DNA of 64,000 nucleotides from Octopus vulgaris (GCA_951406725.2 OX597831.1:14632001-14696000), one strand, 5' to 3'; positions 26,894 to 39,563 are shown, counted from the stretch's first letter. Notes: generated by a model from the sequence alone, not told the origin. Numbers and translations: made by a program.

Positions 26894-26971
26894 TTGTGTG
26901 TGTGTGCGTGTGTGTGTGCGCGTATGTATGAATAGACAGGTACATACATATAGGAAAAGTACTGAGAAAAA

Positions 26972-27347
26972 GTCATTTCACTGCGGCCATGCTGGAGCAT
27001 TGGCTTTAGTCGAACGAATCGAGCCAAGACTTATTCTTTGTAAGCCTAGTACTTATTCTATCGGTATCTTTTACCGAACCGCTAAGTTACATGGACGTAA
27101 AAGCAACATCGGTTGCCAAACGATGATGGGAGGACAAATACAGACACACAGACACACACACACACATATATATATACATATACACGACGAGCTTCTTTCA
27201 GTTTCCGTCTACCAAATCCATTCAAAAGGCTTTGGTCGACCCGAGGCTATAGTAGAAGACAATTGCCCCATATGCCACACAGTGTGACTGAACCCGGAAC
27301 CATGTGGCTGGTGAGCAAGCTATTTAACACACAGCCACTGCTGCGCC
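26972..27347 (-). mobile_element. SINE A
   Basis: Near full-length reverse copy. Confidence 0.85.
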
Positions 27348-27371
27348 TCTCTCACTCACTCTCTCTCTCTT

Positions 27372-27414
<43 letters not shown>

Positions 27415-27784
27415 ATATACATATATATAGTAAATGGAAGATGGAATATACAATAATGTATTATTAATCCTGACAATTGTGGGACACTCAACAACTGGCT
27501 TAGGAGCATCTGTCGGTGCAGATGTGTCTCATCGGGGGATAAATAGACACAACTCGTTAAAATAACAGTTTCGCAACGTAGCTTCTTGTTTTGTAGAAAC
27601 AAAAGCATCAAAACGAACGAAATAACTTCATTTACATAAAAGTTCAAAAATAAAATTACAGATGCAAAAAATAAAAGAAAAAGGAAAAGGAAATGCAACA
27701 AGAAAATATAAAAGTTTAATATTTTAAACCAAGTGTAGAATAATTGCATAATATGTATTATTGTAAGTATGAATAATTAAATAT

Positions 27785-28006
27785 ATATTTCTTTACTGCC
27801 CACAAAAAGCTAAACGCAGAGGGGACAAACAAGGACAGACAAAGGGATTAAGTCGATTATATCTACTCCAGGGCGAAACCGGTACTTTATTTATCGACCC
27901 CGAAACGATGAAGGGCAAAGTCGACCTCGTCGGAATTTGAACTCAGACGAAATACGGCTACGCATTTCGCCCGGCGTGCTAACGTTTCTGCCAGCTCGCC
28001 GCCTTC
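27785..28006 (-). mobile_element. SINE B
   Basis: Well-conserved reverse copy. Confidence 0.85.
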
Positions 28007-28044
28007 AAATATGAATAATTAAATTTAACGATACATTTCCTCAG

Positions 28045-28094
28045 AATAAATGTTTTTGTTCATCAGAAATTATCTTGGCATAAGTATTCTTTAG
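28045..28094 (+). CDS. Possible upstream micro-exon of the PLA2-like gene (INVFVHQKLSWHKYSL, or only KLSWHKYSL from 28067)
   Basis: Strong donor AG|gtgagt at 28095; phase 1 gives GAA (Glu) joined to the 28315 exon; open frame; two candidate acceptors (tttcctcag 28044, tgttcatcag 28066). Confidence 0.45.
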
Positions 28095-28314
28095 GTGAGT
28101 TTGACATATAATTTATATAAACATTTAAACAAAAATAAGAAAGGTAGAAGTGAACAAGGAAGGAATAAGTCGCATGTTGCATTGAATTTCTTGGTGTAGA
28201 AATAGGTTTTAGTATATGCATCTATGCATATATATATATGAACACAATTATATATATACACACACTCTTATATATTGTCTTATAATATTTTGTTTGTTTT
28301 ATCCTCTGTTACAG

Positions 28315-28427
28315 AATGTCCACTTTTATCAATGGCCGGAAATTGCCAGTTTGCCGATATGTTGAAGATACCTTTCAGTTCTGTCACTCGAGATCTTTGC
28401 AACCGACACGCAATGTGTTATAACTGC
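28315..28427 (+). CDS. Internal coding exon of a conodipine-like secreted PLA2-fold protein (xCPLLSMAGNCQFADMLKIPFSSVTRDLCNRHAMCYNC)
   Basis: Polypyrimidine acceptor ttttatcctctgttacag at 28314 and donor gtaagt at 28428; 113 nt = 2 nt + 37 codons. C-x-x-H-x-x-C-Y-x-C motif as in conodipine CDRHDTCYHC (recalled from memory). Confidence 0.85.
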
Positions 28428-28668
28428 GTAAGTAGTCACCGAAGCCACACCCACTCCACCCTAACCATTGCATTGCATATTTAATTAATTTCCATTAATT
28501 GAAATTTCTCTGTTGTCTCATATCATCTCTTACATTTTCTGTTTGTTCGCCCGTTTCTCTCTTTGTCTCTGATCTTGTAAAGCTTCTTAGCATTTCCACT
28601 GGCCACAACAAGTCCACACATTCTATGTTCAAACAGGCCAGGTTCGGCCTCTCACACATTCTGTGCAA

Positions 28669-28905
28669 TACCTATTTCTTTACTACCCACAAGGGGCTGC
28701 ACACAGAGGGGAAAAACAAGGACAGACAAACGGATCAAGTCGATTACATCGACCCCAGTGCGCAACTGGTACTCAATTAATCGACTCCGAAAGGATGAAA
28801 GGCAAAGTCGAATTCGGCGGGATTTGAACTCAGAACGTAACAGCAGACAATATACGGCTACGCATTTCGCCCGGCGTGCTAACGATTCTGCCAGCTCGCA
28901 GCCTT
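28669..28905 (-). mobile_element. SINE B
   Basis: Well-conserved reverse copy. Confidence 0.85.
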
Positions 28906-29357
28906 TCTATATCATTCTATAAATAAACAGTGATATAACCCCGAGATAATGCGTGGTTAATTGAAAACTTTGAAAAAGTATTGCATTTGACGCAATAAGA
29001 ATACTTGAGGGTTAAAATGTTTAGGGAAACAGGCAGCATGGAAACATAACAGCCAAGATTATTCTAGCATCTTTTATGAACTAATCTAAGAAAATTTAAA
29101 TGATATAACACTGCTATGTTGAAAACAATTATTAACTAAATTACGCATCCTAGTAAGATAAACCAAGGGAGACAACTCTAAAGCCATCCCTTAAAGGCAA
29201 CCTATATTTTAGTTAATTTCATTAAAGCAAACATTCTAATTACCTCCCTTACTTCTTTTGAACAGAATTAGTTGATTTAGCATTCACAAAATGATGGTTG
29301 TCATCGCTAGTTGTGTAATTATAATTTGGTAAAAATTCTTTGGTATATTGCATCTTG

Positions 29358-29469
29358 CGGGTTCAGTCCCACTGTGTGGCACCTTGGGCAAGTGTATTCT
29401 ACTATAGCCTCGGGCCGACCAAAGCCTTGTGAGTCTATGTGGTAGACGGAAACTGAAAGAAGCCTGTTG

Positions 29470-29516
<47 letters not shown>

Positions 29517-29740
29517 ATGCTTGTGTGTATGCTTGTGTGTCTGTGTTTGTCCCTCCAACATCGATTGACAACCGATGCTGGTGTGCTTACGTCTCCGTAA
29601 ACTAGCGGTTCGACAAAAGAGACCGATAGAATAAGTACTAGGCTTACAAAGAATAAGTTCTGGGGCGATTTGCTCGACAAAAAGGCGGTGCTCTAGCATG
29701 GCCGCAGTCAAATGACTGAAACAAGTAAAAGAATAAAAGG
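29358..29740 (+). mobile_element. SINE A (5'-truncated), in the PLA2-like intron
   Basis: gggttcagtcccactg...aagtaaaagaataaaag. Confidence 0.85.
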
Positions 29741-30109
29741 AAAACTCCATTTTGTTATTCAGTTCCGCTTTTGCCGCCGTTTATCCCTCTGACCAAAGGC
29801 ATTCCATCCTTTCTGCTTCCCAGACAATATATCTAGGAGTACATTATCCAATGTATACTTAATCGTTTTTAAAAGGATGGCGACGTGTAGAATAATGAAG
29901 ACGTGGCTTCTAGGATCGTATATTCTTGTAGGTTAGGAGAGCTTTAGATGTCCACAAAACGATTAGTATATCACCATCACGATGCGAACGTTGGATAACG
30001 TTGGCAGAATTCACCCTTATTTATTTACTTCAAAGTTTTTAAACGCTCATTTCCAGTTATCTGAGATCCTTTCCATCGAAGAAGGCTCTGATGTTATTGT
30101 ATCATTACA

Positions 30110-30550
30110 AGGCGGCGAGCTGGCAGAAACGTTGGTACGCCGGGGGAAATATTTAGTGGTATTTCGTCTGTTTTTACGTTCAGAGTTCACCGAGGTTGAT
30201 TTCACCTTGCGTCCTTCCGGAATCGATAAAATAAGTACCAGTCGAGCACTGGGTTCGATGAAATCGACTATGCCTTTCTCCGAAGTTAGTGGCTCAGTGA
30301 CAAAATTTGAAATCAATATTGGTTTAATTCTGAGGCAGCGAGCTAGCAGAAACGTTAGCGCGCCGGGCGAAATGCTTAGCGGTATTTCGTCTGTCTTTAC
30401 GTTCTGAGTTCAAATTCCGCCGAGGTCGACTTCACATTTCATCCTTTCTGGGTCGATGAATTAAGTACCAGTTACGCACTGGAATCGATCTAAACGATTG
30501 GTTCATTCGTCCAAATTTTCGGCTTTGTGCCTGAAGTAGAAAAGGTTATT
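30110..30550 (+). mobile_element. Two tandem SINE B copies (30110-30320, 30333-30550)
   Basis: ggc(g/a)gcgagct(g/a)gcagaaacgtt head occurs twice. Confidence 0.8.
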
Positions 30551-30725
30551 GCAAGACCGATTGTAAGTGATGAGTGCTTCTTCCGCGAGTTCTCTATCCG
30601 TGCTTGGGTTTCCATTCGAATATAAGTCCCTTCATATTGTCCGTCAGTCTCAAAAGCACTGAAAAGTAAAGGGCTGTCGGCACTACCCCTCCCTATTTGA
30701 CTAAGTGATATAAAAAACGTGAGTT

Positions 30726-30863
30726 CATTATTTACATTATTTTTATTCAACGGATATTTGTCCTCATCTTGTTTCTTGTTAGCAACGTTTTGTACTCTCC
30801 AGCCTTCACCAAGTGTCCCAGGGGAATTTCGAACCTGGGTTTTTTCCGATGTTGTTGTTGTTG

Positions 30864-30947
<84 letters not shown>

Positions 30948-31357
30948 TCACTATCTGGAATCGAACTCGGAATCTTGGGGTAGCTCGCGCTAGAGGCATA
31001 TGGCGTATTGATTAAGAGCGCGAACTACTAGCCCCAAGATTCCGAGTTCGATTCCAGACAGTGACCCGAGTAATAATAATAATGATGATGGTGACAACAA
31101 CAACAACAACAACAACAAAAACAATAACAACAACAACAATAATAATAATAATAATGATAATAATAATGATGATGATAATAATAACACCGGAAAAATAACA
31201 CAGGAATGAGAACCCAGGTTCGAAATTCCTCCGGGATCCCTGTTGAAGGCTAGAAACTTTGAGGTAACAAGAAACAAATTTCGTACAAATGTCCGTTAAA
31301 TGTAAATAATGTAAATAACGTACATAATTCCTCATCTCTTGAATAAAATAAAATTGT
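30726..31357. mobile_element. Head-to-head inverted dimer of tRNA-headed element D, 12-bp flanking direct repeat
   Basis: Arms about 30726-30991 (-) and about 30995-31357 (+); aaaacgtgagtt at 30714-30725 and 31358-31369. Confidence 0.8.
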
Positions 31358-31624
31358 AAAACGTGAGTTACTGAGCAGTCCTGGCAATAAAAGGCGTTCC
31401 GCTCGACAATATTCCGACTTTTGTATACCTAAGACTTCATTGTCCAATGTCCTCACCTGTCTTCACGACGGCTGTTACGTGATTTGGAGGAAACAGGAAA
31501 ACCTACACATTAAGAAAATGTTAAATTAGGAAATTAAGATAATTAAAATTAACGAATCTTTAATGTAAAATTCAGGTTTAGAAATTTAACATTTATAGAC
31601 TGGAATTTAGAGTTTTCCTTTCAT

Positions 31625-32013
31625 TCATTTACTTGTTTCAGTCATTTGACTGCGGCTATGCTGGAGCACCGCCTTTAGTCGAGCAAATAGACCCAGGACT
31701 TATTTTTTGTAAGCCTAGTATTTATTCTATCAGTCTCTCTTCGGGAACTGCTAAGTGACGGGGACGTAAACATACCAGCATCGCTTGTCAAGCAGTGTTG
31801 GGTGGGGAGAACAAACACAGACACACAAACATACACACACACACACATATATATACGACGGGCTTCTTTCCGTTTCCGTCTACCAAATCCACTCACAAGG
31901 CTTTGGTCGGCCTGAGGCTATAGTAGAAGACACTTGCCCAAGGTTCCACGCAGTGGGACTGAACACGGAACCATGTGGTTGGTAAACAAGCTACATACAC
32001 CACTTCTGCGCCT
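31625..32013 (-). mobile_element. SINE A, in the PLA2-like intron
   Basis: Full-length reverse copy. Confidence 0.85.
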
Positions 32014-32215
32014 ATAAAATTTTATAAAATTTGGGGCAAGAATTCTAGACTAGAATTTTGCGATCAAGTTGAGGATTTTGCGATGAAGTTTTTGTCTTAG
32101 GATGGTTTTTGTTTCCACTAATTTGCTGCACCAAAACAATCGTTCAGTGTCTGTTGTTTTTTTGCATCGATCTATCGCCACTCATTTTTGTTTTTATGCT
32201 ATTTATATATTACAG

Positions 32216-32416
32216 GGTTCTTCAATGCGGTTAGGACCAACAGTGTGTGACCGAGGCTTCCTTGCCGATTCAATTAAATCTTGCGACAACAATATTGAGT
32301 GCATGCGGGAAGCGAACACATTCCTCAGTTTGATGAAAGTAGCTCACAAGTACAACAGCACGCCGAACCGCCTTTGCGAACGACCGTGCGTACGTGACTA
32401 CGTGATCGGCCTGTGA
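32216..32416 (+). CDS. Terminal coding exon of the same gene (GSSMRLGPTVCDRGFLADSIKSCDNNIECMREANTFLSLMKVAHKYNSTPNRLCERPCVRDYVIGL*)
   Basis: Acceptor ...atttatatattacag at 32215; phase 0 matches the upstream donor. CD-x-x-F, C...C...A pattern of conodipine/group IX-type PLA2; complex GC-balanced sequence in an otherwise repetitive region; TGA at 32414-32416. Confidence 0.85.
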   Translation, partial: GSSMRLGPTVCDRGFLADSIKSCDNNIECMREANTFLSLMKVAHKYNSTPNRLCERPCVRDYVIGL

Positions 32417-32897
32417 TACGACGACGACGATGACCACAACAAGAACAAGAACAACAACTACAATAATATTAGCAATATCAGCAACAGCAACAACAACAAC
32501 AACACAAACAATGCCAATCAGTGCAACAACTACAGCGAGAACCAGACAAGAGAACCAAACAGCAACAACAACAATGTAAAGCGCAACAACAGCAACAAAA
32601 ACAAGCACAGCAGCAGCAACAACAACAACAACAACAAAATTAACAGCAGCAGCAGCAGCAATGACAACAGCATGACGGCAAGGTCCGTCTGCCAAGGAAG
32701 ATGCTACTACGGTCACCCCGAATATCTAACTGCTCCGACCCTTCACCATTACCACCACGTGATCAAAGATAGACCACGTGAGCAAACACATACACCATGT
32801 GACCAAATTTGAACAGCAAAATTGAATCGATGCCATTCTGATCCTGATTTACGTAAAACTGAAAGAAAGAATTTGTTTAGGGAACTGTGATATTGTT

Positions 32898-32936
<39 letters not shown>

Positions 32937-33624
32937 GTTTATGGAATGTAGAGTTATGTGAAGGTGTTAGACACACATACAGGAGTGGAACGACCACTAC
33001 CGGCCACTACCACCAATACTATAACCACCACCACCACCACCACCACCACCACCACCACTACTACTACTATTAGAAACAACACAAACACTACTAGTAACAC
33101 TGCTACCATTGCTACCACTAATGCCACAACCACTGTAAATACTAATGCCACTACCACTACTACTACTACCACCACCACCACACCACCATCATCACCACTA
33201 CTACTACTACTACTACTACTACAACCACCACCACAATACTACTACTAATACTGTCAAAAACACAACTACAACTACCAACGTCACAACCACTGTTATAACT
33301 GCTACCACCAACATGACAATCACCACTAATACAATTGCTACACCTCCTATCACCACTTCTCCCAATACTGTAGCTACCATTGCCTCTACTATGAACTTCC
33401 CGACTACTATCACTAGCACTAACACCATGGCCATCACCACTAAACAGACCCCTTCAGCTACCAAAATTACTACAACGACACAACTACCACCACCACCACC
33501 ACCACCACCACCACCATCACCACAACAATAACAACAAAAGCAACAACAGCAACAACAACTACTACTACTACTACTACTATTACTACTACTACTATTACTG
33601 CTACTACTACTATTACTGCTGCTG

Positions 33625-33670
<46 letters not shown>

Positions 33671-34009
33671 CAAGGCTACGACAATCTCTCCCCCAACCAC
33701 AATCTTTGCTAATGTTGCAACTATTAATACTACAATGTTTATCCTGTACTACAACCAATACCTCACCCACTCCACTACCGCCTCTACCACTACTGCTACT
33801 ACAACACTACCGCCAACACCTTCGATATCTGCAACATCATCAACACCACTTGCAAGCAGCGCCAATACTATTAATAACTCCGAATTGCAATACCACCACC
33901 ACCACAACCAACAATAACAACAACACCATTGATATTCGTATTTAAACAACCAGAGCAGCAGCAGCAGCAGCAACGACAATAACAACAACATCGGCAAAAA
34001 CAGCAACAA

Positions 34010-34177
34010 CTCTTTCTTCCTGTTTCAAAGGTGCCCAGCCTTGTCACATTCTGTGTCACGCCGAATCTCCTGCGAGAACTACGTTTAAGGCACACGTGCA
34101 CGTTAATTCCACGAGCAGGCTGTTCCGTTGATCGGCTGAACTGGAACCCCCGTCGTCGCAACCGACGGAGTGCCGCT
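34010..34177 (+). mobile_element. SINE C 3' part
   Basis: agccttgtcaca...accgacggagtgcc matches 26680-26834. Confidence 0.8.
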
Positions 34178-34342
34178 ATAACACAAACAATAACAGTGCT
34201 AACACCGTCACTACTAACAGCAAGGCGTTTACCAATTCTGACACCTATACGACCAACAACTGCACTAAAAGCTTTAATACTAACATCACCGACAGCAGTG
34301 ACGAAAACACTATGCGAAATTAGTACCAGCATCAGCAGCAAA

Positions 34343-34735
34343 TGGAGGCGCAATGGCCCAATGGTTAGGGCAGCGGACTTGCGGTCGGAGGATCGCGGTT
34401 TCGATTCCCAGACCGGGCGCTGTGTGTGTTTATTGAGCGAAAACACCTAAAGCTCCACAAGGCTCCGGCAGGGGGGGGTGGCGACCCCTGTTGTACTCTT
34501 TCGCTCCAACTTTCTCTCACTCTTTCTTTCTTTTTTCTTGTCCCCGACTTCCTACGCAACCGCTCAGCCTGGATGCGCATTCATCCATCCGTCGATGCTC
34601 TCGGTGTCGGGGGTTGACCTGCTTTCTCTTCTGCGGGTCTTACGAATAGCGAAGGACCAAGATTCGGACTTGTCCCATCTTGCGAGCTCTGGGACGAAGA
34701 CCGTTCGCTCAACAGCAGCAGCAGCATCAACGGCA
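34343..34735 (+). mobile_element. SINE C head with alternative tail 2
   Basis: Same head as 26462; diverges after ctttctctcactcttt. Confidence 0.8.
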
Positions 34736-35927
34736 AGAGTACTAATGGCACCACCACCAACGACAACAACTTGAACAACAGTAATGACAGTAATATAAAC
34801 ACTAACCAGCACTAATATCAATATCGACAAGAGCACTAATGCCGCCCTCCCCCACCCCAATCACCACCACCGCTAACCATAACAGCAACAACAACAGAAA
34901 TAGTGTTACAACCATCAGCAACAACAACATTAACAAGCTCTTATAGCAACAGCACTAACCAGCTATACTACAAGTACTACACTAAAATACTACAACCGTC
35001 ACAACCACCGCCACCACCAACAACAACAACAGCAATAACAGCAACAAAACCACTAACCGACACTATTTTTATTTCTAACCAACACTAACAGCAGCAGCGT
35101 AAACACCACTAAAACAGCACTAACACCAATGACAACACTAACGAACACTAACAGCGACAGCACTAACCTGCATTAACACCACCGCTAACAAAAGTATTAC
35201 AAAACAGCACTAACAGGAACACAACCACCACCAACACCACCACCAACACCACCAACACTGGCAGTATCATAATTAAACACTACACGACAACGCGATCATC
35301 GGCAGCACTAATCATAATCCTATCAATAAGGATTAAACCAATAATGCTATTAAATGTAGTAGTAGCAAACAGTTATAAAAGCACCATCAACAGAAGCAAC
35401 AAACACCGGCCAACGTCAACCAGAAGCACCATCAATTGTAGGTTACTATTACTAACTGATAGGACCAGCGTTCTTCAACAGCAGTAATACTAATTTATGT
35501 TACTAACAGCACCATCAACTAACACTACAAGCCATAAAGAACACAAACGAAAACACCTGAGCGCTTAGCAATATTAATAACACTAATAGGAGTACTAAAT
35601 ACCGTCAACAATAGTACCAACAGCGGTAGCAGTGGTGTCCACTTAATTAACAAACATTAATAAGCAATATTAAGACTACCACAACGGACACAAATAACAG
35701 CAACAGCAACATTATCAATGCCAGCACTAACCAGGATTAACGACAACACCACCACAATTTTGAACGGGATTTTGTTTTTTGTTTGTAATTTTTGATAAAT
35801 GTTTATGGTTTAGCTTCTTCTCTCTTCCTTCTTAGTTCTCTCCAGCTTCTCTGTCTCGCGTCCACTTTGTCCCAACATTTCTTTTTGGTTTCTTTATCCA
35901 CACCAAACTACTCCGCATTAAATTATT

Positions 35928-36006
<79 letters not shown>

Positions 36007-36602
36007 CATACATACATATATATATATACATACATACATACACTCGGCACATGTGTCACTTTCTAACTTTTGACGATTAAAAATAAAATCCACCACCACA
36101 AAACACACAAAACACACAAAACACACAAAACACACACACACACACACACACAAACACACACAAAACACACAACACACAAAACACACAAAACACACAAAAC
36201 ACATCAGCATCGAGATACCATTCACTCATTCCTTATTCATTTCGAATTCTTTTTCCTTTCCCTCTATATTTCTTCTCCTCTTTTTCCTTCCTTTCTCTTT
36301 CAGTGTCTGTTTCTTTCCGTCCTTGTCGTTCCTTTGCTTCTTTCCTTCTTTCTTTCCTCCTTCCTACTGACGTTCTCACCCCACAACCACCCCCACCTTA
36401 TTTACTTGCATATCTTCCTTGTTTCCACACTACAAAACCATCCACCCGCATTACCTTAAACCTTCACACGACCAACGCCGATAGATGGAGTTTTAGAAGG
36501 CGATAGCCAATGACGAGCTGCTACTAAGATAACCAGCCACACTTACTGATTGGTTGCCCAGCTGGAGTTTCGCTTTCAAAAGCCATAGTGTCAGCGTCCA
36601 CG

Positions 36603-36671
<69 letters not shown>

Positions 36672-37344
36672 AATACATATTGCATTTATACATACACAGA
36701 CACAAGTACACATAAAGACACGCACGCACACACACACATACACGCACACATATATATATACTTATATACCTACGTACATAACTACATATATATACACAGA
36801 CACATACGAATTTTATCGATTGTAAAATGATTCACGTACTCAATATTCGATGAATGGCTCTTTGACAAGTCCTGTGCACGAAGCTTTGGGCCCGCGAGTC
36901 GCTTTTTGTCGTTACAGCCAATTAATAAACATACACAGACACACACACACATATATATAAGTATATATATACAAGTGTATATATATATATAGTTTTATAT
37001 ATGTATGCATATATATGTGTCTGTATATATGTATATATTTGTGTGTATAAATATGCATACATGCATACGCACGCCCTCATATATATTTATACAGCCATGC
37101 ATACACATTAAGTTCTTATCCTCCATTTTATTTCGCTTTATCAATTGAATTCACGTCTGTTCTGCTACCGAAATTGTACCAAGTAATAACTGGTATTAAC
37201 AGAGAGAAAGGAGATAACGAAGAACGGTAAAGGAGTCGTTAAAGTAGACCAGTCTGATGAATGGTGTATTGTAATAAAGCCCCAAAAATGTTAACTAGAT
37301 ATATCCGAGTTTTGTCTTGTTATGATTTAAGAAACGGTTTGTCA

Positions 37345-37392
<48 letters not shown>

Positions 37393-37482
37393 CATACATG
37401 CATACATACATGTATATATATATATATCTATATCTATATATATATCTATCTATCTATCTATCTATATATATATATATATATG

Positions 37483-37555
<73 letters not shown>

Positions 37556-37576
37556 GTATATGTGTGTGTGTGTGTG

Positions 37577-37872
37577 TGGAGGCACATGGCCTAGTGTTTA
37601 GAGCAGCGGACTCGCGGTCGAGAGATCGCGTGTTCGAATCTCAGACAAGGCGATGTGTGTGTGTTTATGAAGGAAGCACCAAAGCGCCACGCGGCTTCGG
37701 CGGAAGGTAAGGTCGAACTTCTGCTGACTCTTTCGCCACATCTTTCTCTCACTCTTTCCTCCTGCATCTTGCAGCTCACCTGCGACGGACCGGCGTCCAG
37801 GTGGGGAACCTATACGCCATGAAATCCGAGAAACCGGCCCTTATGAGCCAGGCATGCCTCGAGAAGGAGCAA
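37577..37872 (+). mobile_element. SINE C head with alternative tail 3
   Basis: ggaggcacatggcctagtg...gttcgaatctc head; different tail (gcagctcacctgcgacggaccggcg...). Confidence 0.8.
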
Positions 37873-37890
37873 ACACACACACACGCACAC

Positions 37891-37942
<52 letters not shown>

Positions 37943-38479
37943 AATTATATATAAACATATATATAAACAATTCTTTTCAGTTTTGTCTACCAGTTTCAGT
38001 TTTTGTCGCTAGGCGTTGGTCATCGTTAAAAACACTTGTTGACCAAGGTGCCACGCAGTGGGACTGAACCCGGAAGCATTTGGTTGGAAAGCAAACTTCA
38101 TACCACATGGCATCGGTAGAAGTTAAAAAGTTAAAATGGTGACACTTTTGTACATGGCACTTATCAATCACATCTATAACCACTCATTTTCATTTCCATT
38201 TTTGCTGTTTGTATTACCAAATTTATACATGTATGTACGTACGTAGTACGTATGTATGTATGTATGTATGTATGTATGTATGTATGTATGTATGTATGTA
38301 TGTATGCATGTGTGTGGGGTGGGGTATGCATTTGTATTAACAAACGCATAGCACTGGATCAACTCCGTTGTCTTTAGTTCCAACTCATAAAAATTCGGTG
38401 GCGCTATACAATGGCGTAATTACCTCCGATAATGTAGCGCGTACAAACTGATGTCAATAACTCTACGATATGTTAGTTA

Positions 38480-39540
38480 GTTATTTAATTTTTGGGCTCA
38501 AAAATCAAAAAGCAAGGCCATGTAGGGGGACATGGAGTTATGTACAGGGTGGTGTCCATGTAAAGAGTTCAAGCCACTTGAGGTCAAGGGAGACTTTGAA
38601 CAAAGCGGTCGTCGGCATCTTCACCATCTCGTCTGGCAGCTTATTCCACGGATCCGCAACCCGGACGGAGAAAGCCCCTCTCCTTCGATTGAGATGAAAT
38701 CGTCGCAGATAGAGCTTTTCGGAATGACCCCGCAGCCGACGCTCTGGAGCAAGAGTGAAGAACAGCTCTTTCGAGAGGTTACACTTTCCGCTTATGATGT
38801 TGTGAGCAAGAATGAGATCTCCACGGCGTCGTCGTTTTTCTAGAGAATAAAGGTCGAGCGTCTTCAGCCTTTCCTCATAAGACAAATTCTTGAGACCAAG
38901 AAACATGCGGGTAGTCAGCTTCTGGACTCATTCGAGGTGCTGTATGTCTTTGAGGAGATAAGGAGAAGAGGCTTGAATCCCATACTCCAATATGGGTCTC
39001 ACCAGCGTGACATAGAGTGGTAGGAATATGGCTGCTGTGAGCATTCCGAATGACCGTCGAATCAAGAACAAAATTCCACGTGCTTTGTTGGCAGCATGGA
39101 CGCACTGGGCCGAAGGCGAAAAGGAGGAATCCACCAAGATACCCATGTCCTTTACCTGATCGGTCCTCTCCAGCAGCAGACGACCCGGCTCGAAATCAAG
39201 TTGAGTTGCAGGAGGAGAGCCAACAGGCAGATGACAGCACTTTGATACGTTCAGACACAGGTCCCATTCGTTAGACCATCTCCAAATTTGGTGGAGGCAT
39301 CGACGAAGATCCTCTATATCACCGCGAGGAGCGACCAGTTTGACATCGTCGGCAAATAGAAGGGTGTGTTGCGTGAGGTCGTCGGGCAAGTCATTTATGA
39401 AGACTAAGAACAATAAGAGCCCAAGCACTGAACCTTGAGGCACGCCACTGCTCGCACTGGAGACGTCGGACCGCGAACCATTAACTTGGATTTGGAAGGA
39501 GCGATCTGAGAGGAAGGCACCAACCCATCGTACAATATCT
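38480..39540 (-). mobile_element. 5'-truncated CR1-group LINE (RT C-terminal half)
   Basis: SGVPQGSVLG..LF, LFADDVKL, VRPILEYG, LSYEERLKTLDLYSLEKRRRRGDLI; a single in-frame TGA at 38928-38930; short (TAAC) tail; 5' end in (TAG)n. Confidence 0.95.
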
Positions 39541-39563
39541 ACTACTACTACTACTACTACTAT

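Larger units (their letters stand above)
32417..35760 (+). repeat. ACN/AAC low-complexity region of about 3.3 kb downstream of the PLA2-like stop
   Basis: Mixed (ACA)(ACT)(ACC)(GCA) tracts with interspersed SINE C pieces. Confidence 0.8.

Noticed and set aside
30490-30750. Minus-strand ORF AFETDGQYEGTYIRMET...
   Set aside because: Plausible acceptor but no good donor and no recognisable homology; both ends run into repeats.
34343-34420. tRNA gene
   Set aside because: The tRNA-like sequence continues into a repeated SINE body and has no clean acceptor stem; it is a SINE head.
32954-35100. Thr-rich mucin-like ORFs
   Set aside because: Frames are broken by stops, with no splice signals or unique domains; low-complexity UTR or intergenic DNA.
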